Source: Octopus sinensis (Eukaryota). Taken from it: a stretch of DNA of 64,000 bases. Below are positions 50,545 to 62,957 of this stretch, piece by piece (within the stretch, counting starts at the first letter, position 1; the number at the start of each line of letters is the position of its first letter). The translations under genes were made by a program, and so were the position numbers. Where the stretch lies: positions 111,910,001-111,974,000 of the forward strand of contig NC_042997.1 in assembly GCF_006345805.1 (NCBI RefSeq). Reading direction: 5' to 3'. Under the pieces are notes generated by a model. That model was not told the origin of the DNA and did not search any database. It saw only the letters and a program-made list of their open reading frames with translations.

Positions 50545-53249
50545 TATTGTTTGCATCCTTTTTGTCTCGGGAGACAATGGAGTTGCGCATAAAATAATCT
50601 AGTCCGGCTTTTACATTTCATGTCCTAATACATCTCCTGTATGTGGTTGTGTAGTCCTATCATGGACAAACACTCTGCTGTGGTTGTGTAGTCCTATCCT
50701 GGACAAACACTCCCTCTGGCAGGTGCCGCAAATGTAGCGAAGACTTTGCCTGGCTGGTTGTAATGTCATACTTTCTAGTTGACGTCTTTTCTTGTCTTTC
50801 CATTTTTCCTCTCCCTCTATGTTACTCCTTTGTGTTCCCTCTTTTACGGTACGTCGCCAATCTCCACGGTTGCTGGCAACTGCTTCCCAGTTAGTAATAT
50901 TGATGTTGCAGGCATTCATGTCACCTTTGTAAACATCCTTGTATCGTAAGAACGGTCTTCCCACAGACCTAGCGCCCCTAGCAAGCTCTCCGTAGAGTAT
51001 GTCCTTGGGGATTCTGCCATCTTCCATACGGCTAACATGTTGAAGCCATCTCATACGTCTTTGTGTGAGGAGTGTAAACATGCTTGGTATTCCTGCTTGC
51101 TTGAGGACATCTTTGTTGGGGACATTATTCTGCCATTTGATGCGAAGGATTTTCTGGAGGCAGCGCAGGTGAAAGATATTTAGGCGACGTATGGCGTCGT
51201 ATGGCGTCGTATGGCGTGTGTATGGCGTCCAAGTCTCACTTCCATACAGTAGAGTGCTAAGTACGCATGCCTGGTAAATCTTCATTTTTGTGATCTTGGT
51301 CAGCTTATTGTTGTCCTATGCCCGTTTGGAGAGTTGGGCCATCACAGCAGCTGCCTTGCCACTGCGTATATTGAGCTCAGTATCAAGGGATAGGTTGTAG
51401 GTGACGGTAGAGCCAAGATAGGTAAACTTCTCCACCTCCTGTAGTTTGTGGTCTCCAATATGTTTGTTTGGGATAGTCGATGTAGCCTGACCCATGATGT
51501 TGGTCTTCTTGAGGCTGATAAATGAGCCAAAGTTGCCACATGCTTGCTCAAAACTGTTGATGAGCCTTTGTAGGGCTTCTTCTGTGTGTGATACCAGAGC
51601 GGCATCATCAGCAAATAGTATCTCCTTGATCAGGACGCTTCTGATTTTGGTCTTGGCACGCAAACGCGAGAGATTGAACAGTTTCCCATCACTTCTACTG
51701 TGCAGAAACAATCCATCATCTGATGTCACAAAGGCATGTGACAGCAGCAGCGAGAAGATGGCAAATAATGTAGGAGCAAGGACACAACCTTGCTTTACCC
51801 CATTTTTTATTTGGAAGGCGGCTGATGTTGAACCATTGTGCTGTATGATCCTCAGCAGCTTTGGTAGACATCCGATCTTTTGGCCTTTGTCAGATCAATG
51901 AAGACCATATATAATGGCATTTTCTGCTCTCTGGACTTCTCCTGAAGTTGGCGTATGGAGAATATCATATCAATAGTTGATCTGCTTCTTCTAAAGCTAC
52001 ACTGCGATTCTGGATAAATTCGAGAAGCAAGCAGTTGCAGCCTGGACAGGATAATGCGAGCAGAGGCCTTTCAAACTGTGCTTAGAAGAGATATTCCACG
52101 GTAATTGTTACAATCACCACGGTTGCCTTTGTTTTTGTAAAGCGTAATGATGTTAGCATCCCGCATATCCTGAGGGACTGTACCCTCTTCCCAGCACTGA
52201 CACAGAAGCTCATGAATGTGCCGAAGCAGGATGGTGTTTTTGCCGGTTTTGATGATCTCTAAGGGGATGCCGTCTTTTCCCGGAGCCTTGTTACTTGCTA
52301 GGGAGTCAATAGCCTTAGTGAGCTCTGCTATAGATGGCAGACTATCAAGTTCACACATGACTGGCAAGATCTTGACACCTCGATTGCAGCCTCAGCTACC
52401 GTGGTCTCTCGTGAGTAGAGATCCTGGTAGTACTCCACCCATCTATCCATTTGCTTGCTTTGGTCCTTGATGAAATCCCCAGTAGTTGATTTCAGTGGGG
52501 CTGACTTGGTTGCGGATGGACCGAGGGCCTTCTTCAAACCGGCATACATCCCACGGGTGTCGCCACTGTCAGCAGCTGACTGGATACTCTGACAGATTTC
52601 CTGCCAATACCTATTTGCACAGCGTCTGGCAGTCAGTTGGGTTTTATTTCTTGCCTTTCTGAGTTCTTCGAGTGACTTTATAGAAGAATCACTCTTGTAT
52701 TACATCAGAGCTGCACGCTTTCTTTCAATAACTGTTTCCAGCTCTGAGAGCCCAGCACTGAACAAATTCTGGGTTTTGCCTTTCTCTCATGCCGAAAGTA
52801 TCTATTGATGTGGTATACAAAGCTTCCCTGATATAATTCCACCTACTTTCAGCAGAGATAGTTGGGCAGCTACTGAGGGCAAATTTGATAGAAACAGCAA
52901 AACATTGTCGCAGTGTAGGGTCGGAGGTTCTGGCAGTGTTAATGCGTGGTCGGCCCATTTTCTTGGAGTGATGGACTTTTTAGGCAGAATCCTCACGCTG
53001 CGTCTTATTAGTGAATGATCTGTGTCATAATCCGCGGTGTGGTAACTACGAGTCAGTTGAACAGAATTCAGAAAGGATCTTTGCGTAATGATGAGATCCA
53101 GCTGATGCCAGTAGTGAGATCTTGGATGTCTCCAAGATGCCTTGTGGGATGTCTTGTTGGCAAAGAATGTGTTAGTGATGCACAGGTTATGGTATGTTCA
53201 AAATTCAAGTAGCCTCTGGCCATTGTCATTCATGTTGCCAATACCAAAA
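50545..53249 (-). mobile_element. 5'-truncated, decayed RTE-clade LINE (APE C-terminus plus RT)
   Basis: GQRLLEF...HQLDLII...DTDHSL; KAPGKDGIP...CNNYRGISLLS; GVKQGCVLAPTLF; LFADDAALV; EKFTYLGS; LSTLLYGSETW; typical RTE 3' end. About 70-bp direct repeats flank it. Confidence 0.93.
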
Positions 53250-53965
53250 CACATACACTTACATACATATATATACGATCGATTTGTTTCAGTTCCTGTC
53301 TACGAAATCCATATATATATATATATATATATAATATATATATATATATATAATATATATATATATTATATATATATATATATATATATGCATACACACA
53401 CATACATATATATATATTTGGAATTTACAAAAGAAACGAACAAAAGACGAAGACGGGTGTGTAAACAGCAAACAGGTTTATTAGTTTAACGCTCCGGACT
53501 TAGGAAAATTTATATAGGGAGTACTACTAATTTTAAAATTAGATATAGGGGACGCAAGAATTCATTTATTCACCCCTATATAAAAATTACAGACATTTTA
53601 GTATGTTGTAAGCATAAATATTTAGTGTCTTGTAATTTTCTTAAACTTTAAAATATAATTTTTTAGAATATAAAAGCTTTTTGAAAATACGGTCCAATTA
53701 GATCATTAGACCCAATGAACACTTATGCGCAAACCTATAATCTTAAATTATTTTTTTATAGTAGAGAGTCGAATATTCCCATTTGCTATTATTTGCATGA
53801 TTAACTAAAGTTAACCTTTCAATTAATTTCATTTCTTATTTAAACGTGGTAATCCTCTTGAAAATCTGTCACTTATTCATCGATACTCAAAAACTGAACT
53901 TTCACCAACTGAATACTCACCATGTAGTGCCTTAATGCTTTTTGCTGGATTTTACCTCGAGAAAG

Positions 53966-54034
53966 GAACCCTGAGGAAGGAGGGCTGAATTTCGAATACT
54001 TCGTACAACCACTTTTCTGAAACGGCTGCAGGTT
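53966..54034 (+). ncRNA. Decayed type-I hammerhead-like motif H7
   Basis: aacc-CTGAGGA-aggaggg...cttttct-GAAA-cggctg-CA-ggtt; the conserved U before the cleavage site is replaced by C. Confidence 0.4.
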
Positions 54035-54115
54035 AGGAAAAATATTTTAATCGCCTCTTTCAATTTAGGTTTTTATTTTTCATGTTTATATTCGTATTTC
54101 ATTGTTATGTTTATA

Positions 54116-54681
54116 TTGGGTTGTCCAGAAAGTTCGTTCCGATTTTTAAAGGAAAGTAAAGGTCACTAAATACTTGCCATTACATTTTTAATGAACCAAA
54201 TCTGAACCATTTCGTTGCACAATACGTCTCCATCTTTCCTTTACCTTGAAAATACCCTCTTCCCATAATTGGGGTGGTTTCAAGGCAAAGAATTCGTCAA
54301 GGTATCTTTTTACGTCATCTAAGGAAATGAAATTTTTACCATTAAGACTTTTCTGCAGAGACCTGAATAAGTGGAAATCCGAAGGAGAAATATCTGGGGA
54401 ACAGGGAGGGTGGGGGTAACACATCCCAGCCGAGCTGCAGCAATTTTTGTCTGGTTCCCAAAGCATCAAGTGCCGAAAATTAACTTTCTCATCTTTTATT
54501 TTAAAGGGTTACAGAATTAACACAGGTTATAGGAACATAAACCTTCTTCCACGAAAAGATAGCTTAAACTGTGCTCTAAATGGAGGTGTAGTCAAATCTT
54601 ATTTTATGGACTCAAACATGTTCTAAAATAAGTCGAAAGATAAGCTACTATAAATCGGCACGAACTTTCCGGACAACCCAA
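54116..54681 (-). mobile_element. Internally deleted mariner with both TIRs
   Basis: 30-bp TIRs ttgggttgtcc(a/g)gaaagttcgt(t/g)ccgattt, TA TSDs, HPPCSPDISPSDFHLFRSLQ. Confidence 0.92.
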
Positions 54682-54928
54682 TATTTCTATATTTTTATCA
54701 TGAAACTCTTAACATAAATATGTGTATATTCGTATGGAATGATACCTCATGTGCTACATCTGAATTTTCTTGTCTGAATGTTTTAAGACAAATATCCGAA
54801 ATTTTTATCGTATACCACATTTTATTAATACTTAGCTCATATACGGAGACAAAAATGTTGTACTATATACTGCAGGTTATCTCCATTAAAATTCTCGTAT
54901 TATATACATTATATATATATAATATACA

Positions 54929-55651
54929 CACTGGCGAAAATAAATTTAAGACCGATGATAAAAGTTCTATTTCTTACAAAATATTCTGTTACTTGTCCTT
55001 TGCCGATCTTTATATTGACCAGTCTCCGAGTATAACTTCCACGCTTGCACGCAAGCCGGTTACTGCACTTTAGTTGTTTGCTGATGTTCGAAAAGGAAAC
55101 TTTTTGCTGTAATATACGATTTTTGCTCTCGTGACTGGACTAAGGCTACGTTGTTTTCCCATTATTGATAAATTGTATAACATTAAATTATAAATTTATA
55201 TGGTGCATTTAGGCTCGTTGTGTGACCACCCATTTTGGCCAGAGAAATTGCATACATATTACATGGTCTTAAACTAATTTTGCCGGTAAATTTGAAACGT
55301 TTATATTACGTTCTGAGTTCAACTTCCGCCGAGGTCAACTTTGCCTTTCATCCTTTCGGGGTCGATAAATTAAGTGCCAGTTACGCACTGGGGTCGATGT
55401 AATCGACTTAATCCGTTTGTCTATCTTTGTTTGTCCCCTCTATGTTTAGCCCCTTGTGGGCAGTAAAGAAATATATATTAATTTAGCATTAGAATTCTTC
55501 AAGTTGTATAAAAATTGTTTGCATCATTCGAATGAGAAATAAATTTTGCATAAGGTGTAAAAGATATAAATAATTTGTATGGTGTTAGTAACAAAATATT
55601 TTGTTAGAAATAGAACTTTTATCGTAGGTCTTAAATATATTTTCGCCGGTG
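54929..55651. mobile_element. Tc1/mariner-type MITE with about 65-bp TIRs
   Basis: cac(t/c)ggcgaaaata(a/t)atttaagacc... at both ends; contains a SINE A fragment. Confidence 0.75.
55305..55472 (+). mobile_element. SINE family A 3' part, Tx1-like tail
   Basis: Matches the corresponding part of 45568-45800. Confidence 0.85.
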
Positions 55652-55659
55652 TATATATC

Positions 55660-58174
55660 TCAGGTCATCCCATAAGTTCTGTCCGAATTTTGGATAAAGA
55701 ATCCAAGTGATCAAATGTTATATTTAATTGAAAGTTAATCATCAATGTACTTTCCCTGATTATCTATGACTTACTTCCATCTAGTTCAAGCTTTTTAATC
55801 CCATCAATGTAAAACTCTTTTGGTTTCAAAGCGAAGAACTCTGAAATGTCAGGTTCGACCTCCTCCTGGCTTGCGAAAGTTGTGTCCCCCTAATAATTCT
55901 GTAAACTATGAAACAAATGGTATCCTGAAGGAGTAAGGTCGGGAGAATAAGTTGGATGAAGAAATTTTTCCAAACGGACCTCTTCGATCTTCTGTGATGT
56001 GATCTTTGTGTGTTTTCGACTCACTAAAGCGGCTCTTTTTTTCCTTCAAAGCTTGGTTCAAACGCTCTAATTGCTGACAGTAGACTTGAACATTGATTGT
56101 TGCATTAGGTGGTAACAATATAAAGTGAATTACGCCTTTGCAATCGCACCAGATAGAGTAGAACCGTTTTCCCATGAAGTTCCCTTCTCGGTTGTGGTTG
56201 AGCATTTTCCCTTTTACCAAGCCACTGTTTACGACGTTTAACATTTCGATAGAAAATCCATTTTTCGTCACAAGTCTATCGAAAAAGGGTGAAATGAATT
56301 TGCGAGAATGGAGAGAAGAGCAGATGCCAACTCGGGATTTACGGTTGCTTTCGGACAATACATGAGGCACCTATTTTCCAAGTTTAGGAATCTTTCCACG
56401 TTGTTGAAGATGACGATGAACTGTTGTATGGTTTGAAGTAAGCTTTATTGTCAATTCTTCAACTGATAACGACGGATTTTCTTCAAATAATGCCTCAAGG
56501 AGCTTATCATCAAACTCACTGGACATCTTATTCGATCTTCTTCTTCAATTTTGCAAACAATCTCCTGCAAGTTCTTTCATTCAAGCACTTTCCCATAAAC
56601 TGAGTGTATGTTTCGAGTCACTTCGGCTGCAGTGTTACTTTTATTGTACTCATAAAGAATTATATGTGCCTTAAATGCTCTTTGGATACTTCCATGTTGA
56701 AAGGGTTTTAATCAAAGCAATTTTAGGTTGTCCACAAAGTCTGGGTACATGGAATAAAATCATAACATAAGCAAATATAAGAAATAATAATTTTCCTTTT
56801 TTACTTTTTTTTAAATTAAATTTTAAAAATACTTTACTTTTCTAAATTTATTTGTTATTTTTTCTACAGATGATCGAATGATGGCTCTGTCTAGAGAAGA
56901 AAGAATCCCAGATCGAATGATGGATCTGTCTAAAGAAGAAAGAATCGAGTTAGTATTACTAAGTGGACGAGAAGGATTGTCTTATCGCAAAATTGCGGAA
57001 GAATTTAATCTTCGGCACCCTTATAGGTAACCTATTTTTTTTACTGCCGTCGGGAAATTGATCAAGAAATTTAAAGAAACGGTCAGTGTTTTGGATAAAC
57101 CCCGTTCCGGGCGACCAAAGACTTCAGATGAAACGAAAGAGGCTGTCATGGCTAAAGTTTCTGCTAGCCCAAAGAAATCATTTCGTCGGACATCCACGGT
57201 GTTAGGTGTTCCAAAACCAACCATCCACAAAATACTGGTTGAGGAAAAGTTTCATCGATATAACCTACAGATATTGCATCACTTAAATGAAGATGACCCT
57301 GATAGACGAATGTAGACGTGCGAATGGTTTTCAGATAAATTGGATGGAAATATCAATTTTACGAAAAACTGTTGTTTAGTGACAAAGCTACGTTTTATGT
57401 AAATGGTGAGGTCAACAGACAGAATCTTCTATACTGGTCTCGAGGTAATCCACATTGGATGGATCCATCCAAACAGCAAGGCAGCAAAAAGGTGATGGTG
57501 TGGTGTGGTTTGTGGAAAGCTCATGTTCTAGGACCCTTCTTCATTGAACATGTAACGGATGAGACTTATGTAAACATATTGAGAGACAAATTAATATCTC
57601 AAATTGAGCGCCTAGGCGAGGGCCTTCCGAATTGGTTTCAGCAGGATGGGGCTCCTACCCATTTTGCCACAACTGTTAGAGATTGGCTTAATGACACTTT
57701 TCCTCACTGGATTGGAAGAAGGGCTCATATGGAAAGGTCCCCTCGTTCACCAGACCTTTCTCCCCTTGATTTATTTTTCTGGGGTATGTTGAAAGAGAAA
57801 GATTACAGATTTAAAACACATGAGAGAACGCATTACCAGTCAGTGTGCTGAAATTGATATCAATGTAGACTTATTTAATCAAGTTCACCTGCATCAAGTT
57901 ATGCATTGAAAAATGATGGAAATCACTTTGAAAATATTATTTATTAACATTATAATTAAATAAAATTGGTTTGTTTTAAAAGTATGTGTTAATCCCCATG
58001 TACGCAGACTTTGTGGACACCCTCTATTATTTTGTAAAACAATATTGAATTAGTTTAAACATACACAAATGCATAGAAATAATTTTTAATTGAATTAGAC
58101 ATTTGAAAATACTATTAAATTTCATTCAAATCTAAAAAAAGGTAAAATTGGACAGAACTGATTGGATGACTTGA
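55660..58174 (-). mobile_element. Full-length decayed mariner interrupted by a second Tc1/mariner element
   Basis: TIRs tca(g/a)gtcatcc(c/a)at(a/c)agttctgtcc at 55660 and 58174; ATG at 56695 (MEVSKEHLRHI); motifs FFDRLVT and YCQQLERLNQAL. Confidence 0.85.
56724..58024 (+). mobile_element. rosa/DD41D-like Tc1/mariner element, decayed but full length
   Basis: TIRs gtccacaaagtctg(g/c)gtacatgg; PRSGRP, FSDKATF, FQQDGAP, RSPDLSPLDLFFWG; 40 residues between the second and third D in this copy. Confidence 0.88.
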
Positions 58175-59505
58175 TATATATAATCTATGATATTCTAGCA
58201 GGTTTCAAGTTTATAACACCTTGATATCTCATGTTATCTCATTTTATATGCCTAAGACGTTTATTTTCTATTCTGGTTTTTATATATTTCTATACATTAT
58301 ATTTGTATCTATAATCTATTTTAAGCCGAAACATAATGCGATCCTTGTACAAACGAAAGAACAAGAATGTCCTCTGGAACTTTTATCTTCCACTGGTGTT
58401 TGTAATCGATGGTGACATGTGCGATGATTTTGCGACTATCTTATATTTTACAGAGAAGTCGGAAGCCCCAAATGTAAGCCACCACTTTATGCATAATACA
58501 ATATTTATAGTTCTCTTTTTCTAACTCAAATTCTGTCCTCAATAATTATAGATCTCTATTTCTAAATGCAATTCTTTTCCTTCTCGTTCAGTTTATAACT
58601 ATAACACGCATTCTTGTCTGTCTCTTAACAAAGCTTTTTTTCTCCAGCGTTCACCACTTCACCTCGTTAGGGATAAACAGCCCTTACCGAAAATTTTCGC
58701 TGTCCTGTTTTTGTTAGCAGCTTTGAAGTTCCACGTATCTCAAATTTTATTTAATTTGCTTTGGGGGGAGCAATTGCTTTGACGAAGACGCATCTTGTTG
58801 CACTGCTTGCAATGCGGAGTAGGTAAACCGGCCAACAATTCAGGAAGGGTTGTTTTTTTATGCTGCCTTCGCGCTATAGTTCTCAATATATAATGGAAAT
58901 TATTTCTTCCCAACCCAACCCAACCCAACCCATAGCTGTGTACAGTCGCCCCAATGTCGCCCAGAGCGAGCTCTGGTCGCCATAGCGTCGACTGTGGACT
59001 GGTAGCTGTGTACACTACTTGTCTTGCCTCCACTACGTATCTGTATAGTGGTCATTTGCAAACTCCAGAAGTGACAATTTCATTTCTCCTTGTCGACTGT
59101 GGGCCGGTAGCTCTGTACAGTCGACCCAACGTCGCCCAGATTGTGCTCTGGCTGGTATGATGCTATAGCAGAAGACACATGCCAAGTTACCACACAGTGG
59201 GACTGAACTGAGGACCAAGTGTTTTGGAACCAAGTTTGTTACCACACAGCCACACCTGCACCTGTGTGTGGGGGGTGTATCGGTATGAGTGTAATGGTGT
59301 ATATATGTATGCATGTATATATGTGTATATATGTGTATATATGTTCACATATTACATGTACATCTATATATACATCTAGACATAAATGTTTACATAAACA
59401 TGTATATCTATAGAAATACATCTATACATATACATCAGTATATATACATGTATTATATATATAAATGTATATATATTATATATATATATACATGTATATA
59501 TATAT

Positions 59506-59596
<91 letters not shown>

Positions 59597-59599
59597 TAC

Positions 59600-59784
59600 T
59601 AGTCGCCATGATAGTTCGTTAGCCTCTACACACATTTTTTCTCTCCTTGTTTTTTCTGTGTCCCTTTCTGTAGAAGAGCGTAGGTTCGAAACGTAAAAGA
59701 CTTTTTCTATTCCTGAGTGTTGTACTAATACATCTGTTTGTTTTGTACACCACCTGTCTTCGCCTTTTGGTTTTTCGTAAACCT

Positions 59785-59785
<1 letters not shown>
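59600..59785 (+). mobile_element. Family C repeat with hammerhead-like motif at 59664-59699 (CUGUAGA)
   Basis: cttt-CTGTAGA-a-gagcgtaggttc-GAAA-cg-TA-aaag. Confidence 0.75.
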
Positions 59786-59874
<89 letters not shown>

Positions 59875-59979
59875 CAAGGAAAAATTGTAAAAAGGCAGAA
59901 TGCTAAATTGAAAGAAAATTTTAATGAAAATGGGTGTATGGAAAAAGTTTTTGAAAAATTGATAAAATGTATATATATT

Positions 59980-60021
59980 AATTCAAACCGGTTTTCGTCA
60001 TAATGTGACTTTTCAAGAATT
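59980..60021 (-). ncRNA. Type-I hammerhead (U3-A8 variant) in the Penelope 3' region
   Basis: aattc-TTGAAAA-gtca/catta/tgac-GAAA-accggt-TT-gaatt: 5-bp stem I, 4-bp stem II, palindromic stem III, same strand as the ORF. Confidence 0.72.
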
Positions 60022-60620
60022 GTAAAGAAAAAAAGTTTTTTAAAAGTGAGGAGGGGGAAAAAAGAAAATTACATTGTTTTTTGCAAAAAAATAATAATAA
60101 ATATATACAAAAATTAAAAAATAGGTACTCCGATACATTGTAAAGACTTTGTGTATCTTGAGTTTAATGATTGTTCACGAAAAAATTACCTTGAAGTATT
60201 GAGATCCAATGGGATTAAATCCATGTGTTGTTTAATTTAATTAAGGGTGAATGGCAATTAATTAAGGGTGAATTAAGTGAATGGCAAAACAGGAAGTAGT
60301 AGTAGTAGTAGTCCAGTTCCTGTGTTGTGAATAAGGGGAGACAACTCTATGGGTTTTAAGCTCTTCAATTTGTGTTTATCAATTTTTTGTAATAAAGGGT
60401 GTTAATAAACCTTAAATTATAAAATTATCATTTTAGCTTCATTTGCATTATCTTTTTTATATAATTGTTTGCTAACTTAACATTCAGATTTTAACCCTTT
60501 ATTTATATTGTTTTCTAATTATATAAATTTGCATAAACCAATTTATAATTACATTTCAGATTGTTATGTCATATATAATAAAAATAATGATAATAATAAC
60601 AACAATAATAATAATGATAT

Positions 60621-62957
60621 TTAAAGAATATAAGTTTTAGCTTGAAGTGATGACTGCATGGTATCCTTATACATTTGTGTTAGTTCATCCATGAAGAATG
60701 AGGTAGAAAAAAGAAGTATGATCAACATATTAAGATGCGTTTTGAATTTTTCAATAAAGAGATTCTCCTTGTTAATTCCCTCCTGTGTGGTGATTCCGTC
60801 TTTACATTGGTAGAAGGGGAATATGTAGAATTTGGGAATTTTGTCTTTAGCGCATGAGTCTATGTGGTCACTCAGAGGGATTTGCCGGTATTCCGGGAGA
60901 CTTATTTGTTCTTTATGTACCGCTACTCTTTTACGTAACGGGAGGCTCGTTTGTCCAACATAATTATGTTGGCAACCAGCGCATGTGAGAACGTAGATAA
61001 GGTTCTCGGAGGAACAGGAGAAGTTGGTCTTGATTTTAAACTTCGTTCCTTGTTTGAAGATAAATTCAGAGCCTTCAAGTAGGAAGGGGCAGGTGCCACA
61101 GTTTGGGCGTGCACATTTTTTAACTGCTGGGGGTGGATGTGGTGTGTGAAGTTTGGCATTTGTCAAGAGTTTTTTTAAAGATTTGTGTTGCCTTTTACAT
61201 TTGAGGATTTTGTGTGTATTTATAATGTTTTTCATTTTTTGGTCTGTTGACAGTAGACTGAGGTTTTGTATGATTGTGGTGTATGCTTCAATATTTTTGG
61301 GGTTGTGGGTGGAAATGTATGGAAGTATTTTGGGGTTGTGTGTGGTGTTGGGTTGGGTGGTTTTCAGTGTAATGTTGTCTAGTTCTTTGGCGCGTTTTAT
61401 TCCATACTCTATAAGGGTGGAGGGATATTGGCGTTGTAATAGTGTTTTTTTGAGGTCTTAAAGGCGTATTACTCGAGTTTTTGGATCCGAGACAATGGTG
61501 CATACCCTTTTAGCTAAGTTGAAGGGGATATTTGTCTTGGTGTGTTTTGGGTGGCATGAACTAAAGAGGAGGTATTGTTGTGAGTCTGTAGGTTTGTGGT
61601 AGATGTCTGTTATGATTTGGTTCTTAGGTGTTTTTATAATTAGGAGATCAAGGAAAGGGAGATGATGTTTGCTTAATTCCATAGTGAATTGGATGTTGGG
61701 ATGTATGTTGTTCAGTATGGTTTTGAATTCCAGAAGTTTTTCATAAGGTTCTTTCCATATGATGAAACAATCATCCAAATACCTTTTCCAGTTTTCCGTT
61801 AGGTAGGTGTGGAAAACATGTCCAAATTTCTGGCGTGATATCTCATAGAGTGATAGTTCGAAGAAACCCATTATGAGGTTCGCAAGGACTGGTGCAGCCT
61901 TGGTACCCATCGCAATACCACATTTTTGACGGTAGTGTGTGTTGTCAAAGAGGAAATAATTGTTTGTCAGAATGAACTTGAGTGATTCCGTAATAAGGGT
62001 CTTGTGAATGCGGTCAGGGAATGTCTCTGGGTGTTTTTCTAGCCAGAAATCAATTGCCTCAATACCATATTCATGTGGGATGTTGGTGTAGAGGTTGATG
62101 ACATCAAAGGATACCAGGAGCGCCTCCTCGTTAACTGTTTTTGGGAGGTGTTTGAGCATGTCCAGATCATCCCTAATGAAACTTTTGATGTGGGTAAGGA
62201 AAGGTTTCAAGAGGATGTCTAGGAAATTACTCAGGCGGTGTGTTTCACAGGAGGTGCCAGCCACGATGGGCTTTAGTTTTAGATCCTCCGGTGCTTTGAT
62301 GTTGATGTGGATGTCAGAGGAGAGTTTGCAGGTTTCGGTGATGTATTTGTTTTTATGGATTTTAGGAAGGCCATAAAAAAGGCTAGACTTGCATTTGAAA
62401 TTGGTGATATAATCCCTTTCTTTTTCTGTGAGTCCCTGACCGTGTTGGTGTATGAGTGTGGTGAAGTTTTTGATCGTTTTTTGTTGCTTATAGTTGTTAA
62501 TTACCTCATAGAAAGTGTTGTTGTTTAGCATGGAAAGCACTAGGTGTTTATAAAACTCCGTGTCCATAAGGACCACATCGCTCTCTTTGTCGGCTTCTTT
62601 GATGATAAGGCTTTTGTCCAGTTGTAGGTCACGAAGGTTTTTCCATTCTTCCCTATTGAAATTGGATTTTACCTTGGTTTTGCCTGGGGTAAAGGGGAGA
62701 CTCTGGATGTGTTTGCAAAAATCGTCCAGTGCTTTATTTCTTCCTTTTGATGGTAGGAAGTTGCTTTTGTTCTTGATCAATGAATCGTCCCCATTGTTGA
62801 GATCTGTCAGAGCTTCTGTTAAACGAAGTTTTCTGCAGAATTCAGAAACGTCATCCTTGACCTTGAGTGTTCTTGGGGTGGGTGTGAATTTCAAACCTCT
62901 TGCTAGGATGTTGATTTGGGTTGGTGTCAGTGTTTTGCTGGAGAGGTTTATAATTTT
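60621..62957 (-). pseudogene. Penelope-like RT plus GIY-YIG endonuclease ORF, frameshifted near 61460
   Basis: LVSFDVINLYTNIP, GIAMGTKAAPVLANL, WKRYLDDCFIIW, LPFLDL, CARPNCGTC, NLIYVLTCAGCQHNYVGQT. Confidence 0.92.
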
